From: Acidimicrobiia bacterium
GTDB taxonomy: Bacteria > Actinomycetota > Acidimicrobiia > Spongiisociales > ZC4RG35
Assembly (NCBI GenBank): GCA_965203555.1
Contig: CBDBCY010000004.1
Coordinates: forward strand, 1,024,001 to 1,088,000
Length of the DNA: 64,000 bases
Reading direction: 5' to 3'
In this document: one piece after another, positions 41,257-51,522 of the stretch
How the letters are laid out: the number at the start of each line of letters is the position of its first letter
Numbering within the stretch: position 1 is the first letter of the stretch
The notes under the pieces: model-generated
Told to the model about the DNA's origin: nothing
The model's database searches: none
The model's input: the letters and a program-made list of their open reading frames with translations, nothing else
Made by a program: the position numbers and the translations under genes

Positions 41257-43758
41257 ATGGACTTCCCCACCAGCGCCCATGTAATAGTGATTGGAGCAGG
41301 TATTGCAGGTAACTCGGTGGTAGGGCACCTTGCCGAAATGGGCTGGAGGAACATTGTTCAAATCGACAAGGGACCTCTTCCCAATCCCGGAGGCTCCACC
41401 GGGCACGCCTCCAACTTCTGTTTCCCGGTCGATCACTCCAAGGAGATGACCCTGCTGACCCTGGATTCCACCAGGCAGTACGATGAGATGGGCGTGATGG
41501 TGGTTTCGGGGGGAATCGAGGTGGCCCGCACCCCCGAACGCATGGAGGAACTGCGTCGCCGCATGACCTCCGCCACGGCCTGGGGAGTCGAGTCGTATCT
41601 CATTTCCCCCGACGAAGTGCTCGAACTGGTGCCTTTTATAGACCGCGACGTCATTACGGGCGGGTTCTACAGTCCCGGGGTGACGGTGGTCGACTCGCTG
41701 CGGGCGGGCACCATCATGCGCGAACGGGCCCAGGCCCTCGACGCCCTCACCGTGCTGCCCAACACCGAGATTCTGGACATGGAGGTGCGCAACGGCGCCA
41801 TCCACGCCGTCATAACCGACCGCGGGCGGATAGAAACCGACTATGTGGTGATCGCATGCGGAGTGTGGAGTCCCCGCATCGCCGCAATGGCGGGGGCCAC
41901 CATCCCGCTCACACCCGCCGTCCATCAAATGATCGACGTGGGCCCCATCCCGATTCTGCAGGAGACTCGTTCGGAGATCGGGTATCCCATCGTTCGCGAC
42001 ATGGACACCTACATGTACGAGCGGCAGACGGCCGGGTCCATGGAGGTCGGCTCCTATGCCCACCGGCCGATCTTTCACCACCCCGATGACATTCCTTCCC
42101 TGGGGGAATCGCTGCTCTCCCCCACCGAGCTTCCCTTCACGGACGAGGACTTCGACCTGCAGATGGAACATGCCTTGGAATTGATGCCCGAGATCCTCTC
42201 GGAGGCCGAGATCCGCTACGCCATCAACGGCCTGCTGTCCCTCACCCCCGACGCCATGCCTCTTCTCGGAGAGACGGTGGAGGTGAAGAACCTCTGGTCG
42301 GCGGCGGCGGTGTGGATCAAGGAAGGCCCGGGGGTGGGAAAGATGGTGGCCCAGTGGATGACCCAGGGATATCCCGAAATCGATCCACACTCGTCCGACA
42401 TAGCCCGGTTCTACCGGTTCGCCCGCACCGAGCACCACATCCATGCCCGCTGCTCGGAGCACTTCAACAAGACCTACGGCATCGTGCACCCCCGGGAGCA
42501 GTGGGAGTCCAACCGCAGAGTCCGCACCGTTCCCGCCTACCCGCGGCAGGTCGAATTGGGCGCCGTGTTCTACGAGGTGGGCGGATGGGAAAGACCCCAG
42601 TGGTACGAAGTCAACGCTCCGTTGGTGGAAAAGTACGGGGTCCGGGGGCGCGACCACGAGTGGGACGCCCGCTGGTGGTCGCCCGTCATCAACGCCGAAC
42701 ATCTGGCCATGCGGGAGAACGTGGGGATGGTGGACCTCACCGCCTTCGCCATCTTCGACGTCACCGGACCCGGCGTGGTGGACTACATTCAGAAAATGGC
42801 CGTCAACCAGTGCGACGTAGCCGTGGGAAGGGCCGTCTACACCCCGCTCCTCACGGAGACGGGGGGCTTTCGCGCCGACCTCACCATCCTCCGACTCGCC
42901 AAGCTGCACTATCGGGTGATCAGCGGCGGGGGCGACGGCGCCCGGGACCGCTACTGGTTCCGCAAACATCTGCCCGAAGACGGGTCGGTCACTTTCGTGG
43001 ACAACACCTCGGCCGTCTCCACGGTCGGTCTGTGGGGCCCGAATGCTCGCCGGGTAATAGAGAGCCTCACAGCCGACGACGTTTCAAACGAAGGATTCCC
43101 GTACGGATCGGTCAAAGAGGTCGACCTGCAGGGCATCGATGCCCTGATGTTCCGCATCTCCTATGTGGGGGAACTCGGATGGGAGATTTCGGTACCCATG
43201 GAACAGGGACTCCGCTTGTGGGACATGCTGTGGGAAGCCGGCCAGGACTGGGGAGTGGTGCCGGTGGGCATCGGAGTGTACGGGACCACCGGGCGGCTCG
43301 AGAAGGGATACCGGCTGATGGGGGCCGAGTTGGAGTCGGAGTACAACCCGGTGGAAGCCGGGCTTGCCCGGCCCAAGGTGAAGAAAGCCGACTTCATCGG
43401 CAAGGGTCCCTACCTTGCAGCCCGCCGGGAGGATCCGGCCACAATCCTTTGCACGCTAACGGTCGAGGACCACACCTCGGCGTCGGGGATCGAACGGTAC
43501 ATGGGAGGCAACGAGCCGATCCTCACCCCCGACGGCGAGCGCATCACCGACAGTCACGGCCGTGCATCCTATGTCACCACCGCCGGCAACGGCCCTTCGG
43601 TGGGCAAGTACCTGCTGCTGGCATACCTGCCCCCGGCCCACGCGGTGGTCGGCCGGGAGTTGGCGGTTATGTACATGAACGAGTTGTACCCGGTGAAGGT
43701 GGCGGTGGCGGGCAGCACCCCGCTGTTCGATCCGCAGAACGCCCGGATGAAGTGCTGA
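41257..43758 (+). CDS. Dimethylglycine/sarcosine dehydrogenase-like flavoprotein (FAD oxidoreductase + GcvT domain)
   Basis: VIGAGIAG, GSTGHAS, LTPD..PLLG, GWERP.W, RISYVGELGWE, RLEKGYR. Confidence 0.9.
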   Translation: MDFPTSAHVIVIGAGIAGNSVVGHLAEMGWRNIVQIDKGPLPNPGGSTGHASNFCFPVDHSKEMTLLTLDSTRQYDEMGVMVVSGGIEVARTPERMEELRRRMTSATAWGVESYLISPDEVLELVPFIDRDVITGGFYSPGVTVVDSLRAGTIMRERAQALDALTVLPNTEILDMEVRNGAIHAVITDRGRIETDYVVIACGVWSPRIAAMAGATIPLTPAVHQMIDVGPIPILQETRSEIGYPIVRDMDTYMYERQTAGSMEVGSYAHRPIFHHPDDIPSLGESLLSPTELPFTDEDFDLQMEHALELMPEILSEAEIRYAINGLLSLTPDAMPLLGETVEVKNLWSAAAVWIKEGPGVGKMVAQWMTQGYPEIDPHSSDIARFYRFARTEHHIHARCSEHFNKTYGIVHPREQWESNRRVRTVPAYPRQVELGAVFYEVGGWERPQWYEVNAPLVEKYGVRGRDHEWDARWWSPVINAEHLAMRENVGMVDLTAFAIFDVTGPGVVDYIQKMAVNQCDVAVGRAVYTPLLTETGGFRADLTILRLAKLHYRVISGGGDGARDRYWFRKHLPEDGSVTFVDNTSAVSTVGLWGPNARRVIESLTADDVSNEGFPYGSVKEVDLQGIDALMFRISYVGELGWEISVPMEQGLRLWDMLWEAGQDWGVVPVGIGVYGTTGRLEKGYRLMGAELESEYNPVEAGLARPKVKKADFIGKGPYLAARREDPATILCTLTVEDHTSASGIERYMGGNEPILTPDGERITDSHGRASYVTTAGNGPSVGKYLLLAYLPPAHAVVGRELAVMYMNELYPVKVAVAGSTPLFDPQNARMKC

Positions 43759-43759
43759 G

Positions 43760-44521
43760 ATGAATATCCTGGTCTGTGTCAAGAGAGTGCCCGCCCCCGG
43801 GGCTCGGATCGTCCTGACCGACGACGCCCAGCAAATCGACACCCGGCATCTGGGTTTCACCACCAGCCCTCACGAAGAGTGCGCGGTGGAAGCCGCTGTC
43901 CAATTGAAGGAGAGGCACGGGGGGACCACCACCGTTCTCACCCTGGGACCGTCCGAAGCGACCGAACAACTACGCTATTCCGTCTCGGTCGGGGCCGACC
44001 GGGTGGTGCTGGTACCCGCCGACACCACCGAGTTGGACCCGCAGGCCACCGCCTCGGCCCTGGTGGACGCGATAGCGGAACTGGAGGCCGAGTCTGCATT
44101 CGACCTGGTCCTGTTCGGCAACGAGTCGGCGGATTCGGGAGGGTACCAGGTGGGTATCAGGGTGGCCCGCGCCCTGGGCCGTCCCGTCATCAGCGGATTG
44201 AAGGGGATCGAAATAGACGGTGACCACATGGTGGGAAGAAGGGAGACCGATGAGGGATTCGAGGTCTACCGTCTACCCCTCCCGGCCGTGGCGACCGCCA
44301 AGGAGGGAATAACCCTCCCCCGCTATCCCACCCTGCCGGGCCGTCTGAAGTCCCGAAGGGCGCAGATCGCCGAGGTGACGGTTGATTTCTCACCGGGAGG
44401 CCAGGAGATGGTCCACCTGTTGAAACCGGTGGAAGAGGTCACCGAGACAATCATATTGGGTCATGGAGCGGACGCCGCCCCCCGGGTGGTGCGACTGTTG
44501 GAGGAGGTGGGTTTGCTATGA
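43760..44521 (+). CDS. etfB: Electron transfer flavoprotein beta subunit
   Basis: MNILVCVKRVP, AVEAAVQLKE, G.ESAD, PRYPTL. Confidence 0.92.
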   Translation: MNILVCVKRVPAPGARIVLTDDAQQIDTRHLGFTTSPHEECAVEAAVQLKERHGGTTTVLTLGPSEATEQLRYSVSVGADRVVLVPADTTELDPQATASALVDAIAELEAESAFDLVLFGNESADSGGYQVGIRVARALGRPVISGLKGIEIDGDHMVGRRETDEGFEVYRLPLPAVATAKEGITLPRYPTLPGRLKSRRAQIAEVTVDFSPGGQEMVHLLKPVEEVTETIILGHGADAAPRVVRLLEEVGLL

Positions 44522-45495
44522 GCCTCATCCTGGTTTTCCTGGACAATGACCGTGGTTCCCTGTCCCCCTCGGGGCCCGAGTCGCTCACACCCGCCCTCGA
44601 ACTGGCCGCCGCCCTGGGCGCCCGGTTGGAGACGGCCACCGTCGGCGAAGCGGGCCGCGCCGCCCTGGAACAGTTGGGCCTGCCCGGACACGTCGTCTCC
44701 CACCCCGTCCTGTCGGACTACGCCCCCGAGGCCTACGGCGAGGCCCTTGCCCAGTTGGCGAACCACGCCGGGGCCTCGGTGCTGATGGCCCTGGGCGACG
44801 ATCGGGGCGCCGAGGTAATGGCTCACGTCGCCGCCGTCCTGGAGGAGCCCCTGGTCGCCAACGTCACCGAGATCGTGGACGTTTCGCAGGGAACGGCGGG
44901 CGCCTGGGAGATGGTCCGGGTGAGGTGGGGAGGAAGTCTCCTCGAAAGAGCCCGACTGCAATCATCCCGAAAACTGCTGACCGTCGCTCCTCACACCTTC
45001 GCCCCGCCCGAGTCGGCCATGGGCGTTTCGACGGCGGCGAACACCTTCGTGCCGGACATACCGGACCATCTCGCCCGCACCCGGGTGGTGGAAAGAGTCC
45101 GCCTGGCGGAAGGGCTGACCCTCGCCACCGCGCCGGTGGTCGTCAGCGGGGGAAGAGGCGTGGGCAGCGCCGAAAACTTCGCCATTTTGGAGGAGTTGGC
45201 CGACTTGGTGGGCGGAGTGGTGGGGTGCTCGCGGGTCGCCACCAACAACGGATGGAGGCCCCACTCCGATCAGGTGGGACAGACCGGCACCCGTATCGCT
45301 CCCGACCTCTACATCGCCTGCGGAATCTCCGGCGCCGTGCAGCACTGGGTCGGATGCATGGCGTCGAAGCAGATACTGGCTATCAACACCGATCCCGAGG
45401 CGCCCCTGGTCACCAAGGCTGACTACGCCGTCATCGGAGACCTCCACGAGGTCCTGGCGGCGATCATCGCCGAAATCAGGACCCGAATCTCATAG
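44518..45495 (+). CDS. etfA: Electron transfer flavoprotein alpha subunit
   Basis: VVSGGRG, QVGQTG, YIACGISGAVQH, AINTDPEAP. Confidence 0.95.
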   Translation: MSLILVFLDNDRGSLSPSGPESLTPALELAAALGARLETATVGEAGRAALEQLGLPGHVVSHPVLSDYAPEAYGEALAQLANHAGASVLMALGDDRGAEVMAHVAAVLEEPLVANVTEIVDVSQGTAGAWEMVRVRWGGSLLERARLQSSRKLLTVAPHTFAPPESAMGVSTAANTFVPDIPDHLARTRVVERVRLAEGLTLATAPVVVSGGRGVGSAENFAILEELADLVGGVVGCSRVATNNGWRPHSDQVGQTGTRIAPDLYIACGISGAVQHWVGCMASKQILAINTDPEAPLVTKADYAVIGDLHEVLAAIIAEIRTRIS

Positions 45496-45586
45496 GCGAG
45501 GCAACTGAACGGCTCGCAGTGCCCGAATCGAGCCGACGAAATTCCACCAGCCGGAACTATTTAGTTCTGGCCTTTCCAACCTCTAC

Positions 45587-45605
45587 AGTTAACAGTCTGT
45601 TAACT
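45587..45605. promoter_or_regulatory. Perfect palindrome upstream of the second betaine ABC operon
   Basis: AGTTAACAG-T-CTGTTAACT. Confidence 0.7.
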
Positions 45606-45736
45606 TAAGAGAGCAATATGAGCGAAACGACAAACAGCAGACATGAGCGCCACGTATCCGCGTTTGGGGTCGCCACCGGAACCGGGCGCCTCGGTTCCAC
45701 TGTGCGGGCCGCCAGGCCGCCGGCGGGAGGAGCATT

Positions 45737-46960
45737 GTGACCGCCGACGGCGACGGGCTGATACGCTTGGAGAACATCTACAAGATCTTCGGACCCCAGC
45801 CACAGGGAAGGGCATTCGAACTCACCAAGTCAGGACTCAGCAAGGATGAGGTCCTGCGGCACTCGGGTCATGTGGTAGGCCTCAACAACGTCAATTTCTC
45901 GGTCAACAAAGGTGAGATTTTCGTGGTCATGGGCCTGTCCGGATCCGGCAAATCCACCGCGCTCCGCACTGTCAACAAGCTCCTGACCGCCACCCACGGG
46001 CAGGTTTGGGTGGCGGGAACGGACGTGCAGACCCTGGACGGCAACGAGTTGCAGGCCTTCCGGCGAGAGAAAATGGGCATGGTGTTCCAGCATTTCGCCC
46101 TGTTCCCTCACCGGTCGGTGATCGAGAACGTGGGGTACGGGCTCAAGATACAGAAAATGTCGAGGAGTGCGCGGAATGCCGCCGCCATGAAGGCCCTGTC
46201 CCTGGTGGGGCTGAAGGACTACGCGAAATACTATCCCAAGAATTTGTCGGGTGGAATGCAGCAGCGGGTGGGTCTGGCCCGGGCGCTGGCGTCCGACCCC
46301 GACATCCTCCTGATGGACGAGGCGTTCTCCGCCCTCGACCCCCTGATTCGACGCCAGATGCAGGACGAGATGATGGAGATACAGAACGCCCTTCGCAAGA
46401 CCATCTTGTTCATAACCCACGATCTGAACGAGGCGTTGCGCATCGGCGACCGGGTGTGCATCATGAAAGACGGGGCGGTGGTGCAGATCGGGACTCCCGA
46501 GGAGATTCTCACCAAACCGGCCACCGGCTATGTCGCCGAATTCGTCCAGGACGTCGACCAGGGCAGAGTCATCAAGGTCGACGACGTGATGAGCACACCG
46601 AAACCCATAAAGCTGAGCATGTCCCTGTCGGCGGCCATCACCCACCTGGGCGAGCGGGCCGGAGCGTTCGTCGTGGACGATCGAGGACACCCCACCCATC
46701 TGCTGACCATCGGAGACGGGATGCGGACCGCCGGCATGGGCACCAAAAACCTGAAAGCGGCGCTGCGCCAGGACTTCGACACCGTCCCGTCGGAGACTCA
46801 TCTGAACGATGTCTACGCGGCGGCGGGCCGGGGGTTGCCCATTGCGGTGGTCGACGAGGCCGACGCCTTGATCGGCAACCTCGATCCCCGCAAGATAATG
46901 GAGGAGATGGGCAGAGTGGAACGTCTGATCGATGACTACGAGCGAGAGGTGTTCATGTGA
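45737..46960 (+). CDS. Betaine-type ABC transporter ATP-binding protein (ProV/OpuAA) with CBS-like C-terminus
   Basis: [35 protein letters not shown]. Confidence 0.93.
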   Translation: MTADGDGLIRLENIYKIFGPQPQGRAFELTKSGLSKDEVLRHSGHVVGLNNVNFSVNKGEIFVVMGLSGSGKSTALRTVNKLLTATHGQVWVAGTDVQTLDGNELQAFRREKMGMVFQHFALFPHRSVIENVGYGLKIQKMSRSARNAAAMKALSLVGLKDYAKYYPKNLSGGMQQRVGLARALASDPDILLMDEAFSALDPLIRRQMQDEMMEIQNALRKTILFITHDLNEALRIGDRVCIMKDGAVVQIGTPEEILTKPATGYVAEFVQDVDQGRVIKVDDVMSTPKPIKLSMSLSAAITHLGERAGAFVVDDRGHPTHLLTIGDGMRTAGMGTKNLKAALRQDFDTVPSETHLNDVYAAAGRGLPIAVVDEADALIGNLDPRKIMEEMGRVERLIDDYEREVFM

Positions 46961-49077
46961 AGTATTTAGGACCGATCCTCGCCCAGGCCGAAGGGGCGGA
47001 GGAGCCCCTGCGATTCTGGGACAACGCGGTGCTCGACTCGTGGGAGATCCCCTTCGGTTCCTGGATTGACGAGATGGTGGCTTGGGTGGTCGCCAACCTC
47101 GAGACCCTGCTGGACGTCATCAAATGGCCCTTCGCGTTCCTGTTCCGCAACTTCGTCATCAGTCCCGAATACCATCCCTGGTGGGAGTTGACGGACATGT
47201 CCTGGGTCCTGGTCTGCGGCATAGTGCTGGTGGTCGGGACACTGGTCCGCAACCTGAAGGTGGGAGTGGGCCTGGCCTTGATGCTGGCCCTCTGCGGGCT
47301 GCTGGGCAACGAGTTCTGGGAGGAGACCGTCCTCACCATCGGCCTGGTGGTGGTCTCGGTGGTGATCTGCGCCGTGATCGGCATTCCCCTGGGGGTACTC
47401 TGCGGCCGCGTGGACGGAGTGTGGAACGCGGTGCGGCCGGTCCTCGACGCCATGCAGGTGGTGCACTCCTTCGTCTACATCATTCCGTTCATCTTCTTCT
47501 TCGGGCTGGGACCGGAACCGGCCACCATGGTGACCATGGTGTTCGCCATACCCCCCTTGATACGGCTCACCAACCTGGGAATCCGCCAGGTCCCCGGCGA
47601 TGTGGTGGAGGCGAGCCGCGCCTACGGCGCCACCGAGTGGCGGGTGTTGATCGACGTGCAACTCCCGCTGGCCCGCCCCGCCATCATGACCGGGCTCAAC
47701 CAGACCCTGCTGCTTTCCATATCGATGATCGGCATCGCCGCCATCATGGGCGCCAGCGGGCTGGGGCTTCTGGTGTTCCGGGCGGTCGTCAACGTCGACA
47801 CTCCCCTCTCGGCCTCGGCAGGGCTGGCCCTCTTCATAGTGGCGGTGGTGCTGGACCGCATCTCCCAGACCCAGTCCGACGAGGGCGCCAATCTGATAAC
47901 CCGTATCTACCGGGCCTGGGCTCATCGGCGCGACCCCGAACTGCTGCTGGATGACAGCCAGGTCTCCTCGGTGCAGGCCGAGACTCCCGCTCCGGAAGGC
48001 ACTCCGGCGCTGGTGGCGCCCAGGGAGCGCACCGGCGTGCTGATCGCTCTGGCCGGTTCGACGCTGGCGGCGATTTCGGTGTTCCTGCCCTGGGGAGAGA
48101 ACTCGGGCCTTATCTCCGGATATAGCCGCGCCGCCGACTTGGATCTGGCCGGTTCGAGTTTCAACGGTCTGTCGGCCGCCGGGGGCAGCTACTACGGCTT
48201 GGCCGTGCTGGGAATGAGTCTGCTGGTGATTGGTTCGGCGGTGACCACCCTCACCCGTCCCGGCAGGATAGCCCGCTGGTTCGGCGCCGACGGCGCCCTC
48301 ATGTTCGCGGCGGGAAGCGTGATGGCCGCCCTCACCTATCTGTGGATAGACCCGTCGGCAGAGGCCGCCGCCTATGGGGACGGCATCGGAGTCTGGCTGG
48401 CGGTGGCAGGTGGGATCATCAGCATCCTGGGAGCGGTGATGTGGATCGGAGGCGCGCCTTACAGCCCGCTTCGCCCGCTGAAAGCCACCGTCTCTGTCAG
48501 CCGCATCGTCATTTCGGTAGCCGTAGTCGGCATGCTGGCGGTGGCGGGCCTGTCCTCCTGGTCGGTGGACTCGAGAGCGGAAGCGGTGATCACCCCCGAA
48601 TTGCAGGCCGAGATCGATCGACTGGAGAAAGAAGCCCGAGAAGACCCGGCACAGGCAGGACTCAACGCTATCAGTATCGCCACCCTGGTCGCCGAGGCGC
48701 AGCGAAAGAACCCTGTGATCGTCGACGGGTACACCGGTCCTCGCCTGGGACAACTGGCTCTGTGGCTGGGAGTGGTCGGAATCCTGGTCGGCCTTCCGGC
48801 CGCCGGCGCATTCGGGAGCAATGAACGGAGGCGCTGGGTGTGGAGCGTGGGAGTCGCGGCTCTCGGAGTGGGCATCATGGTGGCGTCGGGGGGGTGGATC
48901 GCCTCCCTGGTTCGTGCTTCCGATGCCAATTTCGTCAGCGGTCCCGGTGCATTTCTGTGCTTGCTGGCCGGATTCCTCCTGTTCATCTCCCCGCGCAGCG
49001 TTCTGAGAGAGTTCCGGCGCACCAAGGTATTCGCCGGAGACAAGGGACTGATGGATAAGGCGGAGAGTCCAGCATAG
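46957..49077 (+). CDS. Betaine-type ABC permease (ProW) with a long extra C-terminal membrane region
   Basis: RPVLDAMQ, RLTNLGIRQV and GLNQT in the N-terminal half, followed by about 380 aa with additional hydrophobic segments. Confidence 0.88.
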   Translation: MKYLGPILAQAEGAEEPLRFWDNAVLDSWEIPFGSWIDEMVAWVVANLETLLDVIKWPFAFLFRNFVISPEYHPWWELTDMSWVLVCGIVLVVGTLVRNLKVGVGLALMLALCGLLGNEFWEETVLTIGLVVVSVVICAVIGIPLGVLCGRVDGVWNAVRPVLDAMQVVHSFVYIIPFIFFFGLGPEPATMVTMVFAIPPLIRLTNLGIRQVPGDVVEASRAYGATEWRVLIDVQLPLARPAIMTGLNQTLLLSISMIGIAAIMGASGLGLLVFRAVVNVDTPLSASAGLALFIVAVVLDRISQTQSDEGANLITRIYRAWAHRRDPELLLDDSQVSSVQAETPAPEGTPALVAPRERTGVLIALAGSTLAAISVFLPWGENSGLISGYSRAADLDLAGSSFNGLSAAGGSYYGLAVLGMSLLVIGSAVTTLTRPGRIARWFGADGALMFAAGSVMAALTYLWIDPSAEAAAYGDGIGVWLAVAGGIISILGAVMWIGGAPYSPLRPLKATVSVSRIVISVAVVGMLAVAGLSSWSVDSRAEAVITPELQAEIDRLEKEAREDPAQAGLNAISIATLVAEAQRKNPVIVDGYTGPRLGQLALWLGVVGILVGLPAAGAFGSNERRRWVWSVGVAALGVGIMVASGGWIASLVRASDANFVSGPGAFLCLLAGFLLFISPRSVLREFRRTKVFAGDKGLMDKAESPA

Positions 49078-49212
49078 GACGGGGTGAAGGCCGGACCTTG
49101 ATCGACAGACGCAGACCCGACACACAAGCATATGAGAGGACATTTGAAACAAACCAGGCATAGGAAAACAACCCAGGCATGGGATTGAAGAAAGATCCCA
49201 GAAGGAGAAAAC

Positions 49213-51414
49213 ATGAAAAGGAATACCAAGATCAGATACCTGGTGGCGCTGCTTTCGGTGCTCGCCCTCCTGGCTACGGCCTGTGGAGACGATGAGGCCG
49301 ATGCCCCCTCGGCAACCCCGACTACCGCCCCGGCCGCGGAGACTCCCGATGACGCCATGGACGATGACGCCATGGACGATGACGCCATGGACGACGACAC
49401 CATGGACGATGACACCATGGACGATGACACCATGGACATGGGCGACGACATGGCGCTGCCGGGTGAGGGTGTGTCGGTGACGATGGCCCGGGCCAACTGG
49501 TCGACCGGTTATATGCAGGCTGCTATCTATGCGTCGTTGCTGGCCGAGTTGGGCTATGATGTCTCCGACCCGGCCGATCTGGAGTTGGCGCCGTCCAACG
49601 CCTATGTGGCGATGGCCAACGGCGAGTTCGACTTCTGGGTCAACTCGTGGTTCCCCAACCACAACCAGTTCCTGGCCGGTGAGATGCCCGACGGATCGCT
49701 GGTCTCCGAGCACGTGACCACCCTGGGCAAAGAGATGGCCCTGGCCGGCGTGCAGGGGCTGATCACCAACAAGGCGTTCGCGGCAGAGAACGGGGTGACC
49801 ACCCTCGACGCCCTGCTGTCCGATCCCGATCAGTTCGCTGCCTACGAGGCGGCGGACGCCTCTCCCGGTGACGGCATCCTTCAGATCATGGGATGCCCCG
49901 AGGGATGGGGTTGTCGAGTCAACATCGACGCCTGGATCGAGAACGCCGGCTGGACCAACATCGAGCAGTTCGACATCGGAGGCTACGACGCCATGATCGC
50001 CGATGCCATCGCCCGTGACGCAGCCGGAGAGCCCTACATGGTCTACACGTGGGCGCCCAGTCACTACGTCAAGGACCTGCGACCCGGCGACAACTCGATC
50101 TGGCTGTCCATCTCCGACGAGTCGATCTCTCCCACCCAGATCGAAGGTCCCAAGTCGCTCGGCGGCTCGTGCACCACCGATAACTGCAACCTGGGCTGGG
50201 ACGCAGCCGACATTTTGGTGACCGGCAACAACGACTTCCTGGCCGCCAACCCGGCCGCTGCCCGACTGTTCGAACTGGTGACCATCAACCCAGTCGACGT
50301 GACCCTCCAAAACGTGGCCTACAGCCTCGGAGAGGACACCGAAGACGACATCAAACGCCACGCCGCCGAATGGATCGCCGCCAACCGCGACACCGTCGAC
50401 GCCTGGCTCCACGCCGCCAAGCAGCCGATCAACCTGACCCCGGGTGAGGGTGTGTCGGTGACGATGGCCCGGGCCAACTGGTCGACCGGTTATATGCAGG
50501 CTGCTATCTATGCGTCGTTGCTGGCCGAGTTGGGCTATGATGTCTCCGACCCGGCCGATCTGGAGTTGGCGCCGTCCAACGCCTATGTGGCGATGGCCAA
50601 CGGCGAGTTCGACTTCTGGGTCAACTCGTGGTTCCCCAACCACAACCAGTTCCTGGCCGGTGAGATGCCCGACGGATCGCTGGTCTCCGAGCACGTGACC
50701 ACCCTGGGCAAAGAGATGGCCCTGGCCGGCGTGCAGGGGCTGATCACCAACAAGGCGTTCGCGGCAGAGAACGGGGTGACCACCCTCGACGCCCTGCTGT
50801 CCGATCCCGATCAGTTCGCTGCCTACGAGGCGGCGGACGCCTCTCCCGGTGACGGCATCCTTCAGATCATGGGATGCCCCGAGGGATGGGGTTGTCGAGT
50901 CAACATCGACGCCTGGATCGAGAACGCCGGCTGGACCAACATCGAGCAGTTCGACATCGGAGGCTACGACGCCATGATCGCCGATGCCATCGCCCGTGAC
51001 GCAGCCGGAGAGCCCTACATGGTCTACACGTGGGCGCCCAGTCACTACGTCAAGGACCTGCGACCCGGCGACAACTCGATCTGGCTGTCCATCTCCGACG
51101 AGTCGATCTCTCCCACCCAGATCGAAGGTCCCAAGTCGCTCGGCGGCTCGTGCACCACCGATAACTGCAACCTGGGCTGGGACGCAGCCGACATTTTGGT
51201 GACCGGCAACAACGACTTCCTGGCCGCCAACCCGGCCGCTGCCCGACTGTTCGAACTGGTGACCATCAACCCAGTCGACGTGACCCTCCAAAACGTGGCC
51301 TACAGCCTCGGAGAGGACACCGAAGACGACATCAAACGCCACGCCGCCGAATGGATCGCCGCCAACCGCGACACCGTCGACGCCTGGCTCCAGACCGCCC
51401 GCCTGGTCGGCTAA
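49213..51414 (+). CDS. Betaine-type ABC substrate-binding lipoprotein with two apparently identical binding domains
   Basis: Lipobox ATAC, MDDD(A/T) linker, duplicated ProX-like domain (NSWFPNH, GCPEGWGC, YTWAP). Confidence 0.9.
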   Translation: MKRNTKIRYLVALLSVLALLATACGDDEADAPSATPTTAPAAETPDDAMDDDAMDDDAMDDDTMDDDTMDDDTMDMGDDMALPGEGVSVTMARANWSTGYMQAAIYASLLAELGYDVSDPADLELAPSNAYVAMANGEFDFWVNSWFPNHNQFLAGEMPDGSLVSEHVTTLGKEMALAGVQGLITNKAFAAENGVTTLDALLSDPDQFAAYEAADASPGDGILQIMGCPEGWGCRVNIDAWIENAGWTNIEQFDIGGYDAMIADAIARDAAGEPYMVYTWAPSHYVKDLRPGDNSIWLSISDESISPTQIEGPKSLGGSCTTDNCNLGWDAADILVTGNNDFLAANPAAARLFELVTINPVDVTLQNVAYSLGEDTEDDIKRHAAEWIAANRDTVDAWLHAAKQPINLTPGEGVSVTMARANWSTGYMQAAIYASLLAELGYDVSDPADLELAPSNAYVAMANGEFDFWVNSWFPNHNQFLAGEMPDGSLVSEHVTTLGKEMALAGVQGLITNKAFAAENGVTTLDALLSDPDQFAAYEAADASPGDGILQIMGCPEGWGCRVNIDAWIENAGWTNIEQFDIGGYDAMIADAIARDAAGEPYMVYTWAPSHYVKDLRPGDNSIWLSISDESISPTQIEGPKSLGGSCTTDNCNLGWDAADILVTGNNDFLAANPAAARLFELVTINPVDVTLQNVAYSLGEDTEDDIKRHAAEWIAANRDTVDAWLQTARLVG
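49348..49437. repeat. 15-bp coding tandem repeat (DDAMD/DDTMD x6)
   Basis: GA(T/C)GAC(G/A)CCATGGAC units. Confidence 0.9.
49459..51392 (+). repeat. 953-bp direct repeat (49459-50411 and 50440-51392)
   Basis: 981-bp period. Off-frame ORFs in the track are also identical between the copies. Confidence 0.95.
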
Positions 51415-51425
51415 TACCAGACCGT

Positions 51426-51510
51426 GAGAGATGAGGGTGCCATACGGCGCCTTCATCCTCTCTCTTTTCTAAAACGGGGCCTCGTCCTACCGGACGGGGC
51501 CCCGTTCTTC
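51426..51510 (+). terminator. Two consecutive hairpins/terminators after the binding-protein gene
   Basis: ATGAGGGTGCC-ATAC-GGCGCCTTCAT followed by a CT/T tract, then AACGGGGCCTCGTCC-TACC-GGACGGGGCCCCGTT. Confidence 0.7.
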
Positions 51511-51522
51511 TGTTAATGTCCA

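Noticed and set aside
46966-51456. 1496-aa minus-strand ORF, and similar long antisense ORFs such as 30999-33032, 14266-16278 and 41155-42969
   Set aside because: These are shadow ORFs of well-supported opposite-strand genes, expected in high-GC DNA, and show no recognisable motifs.
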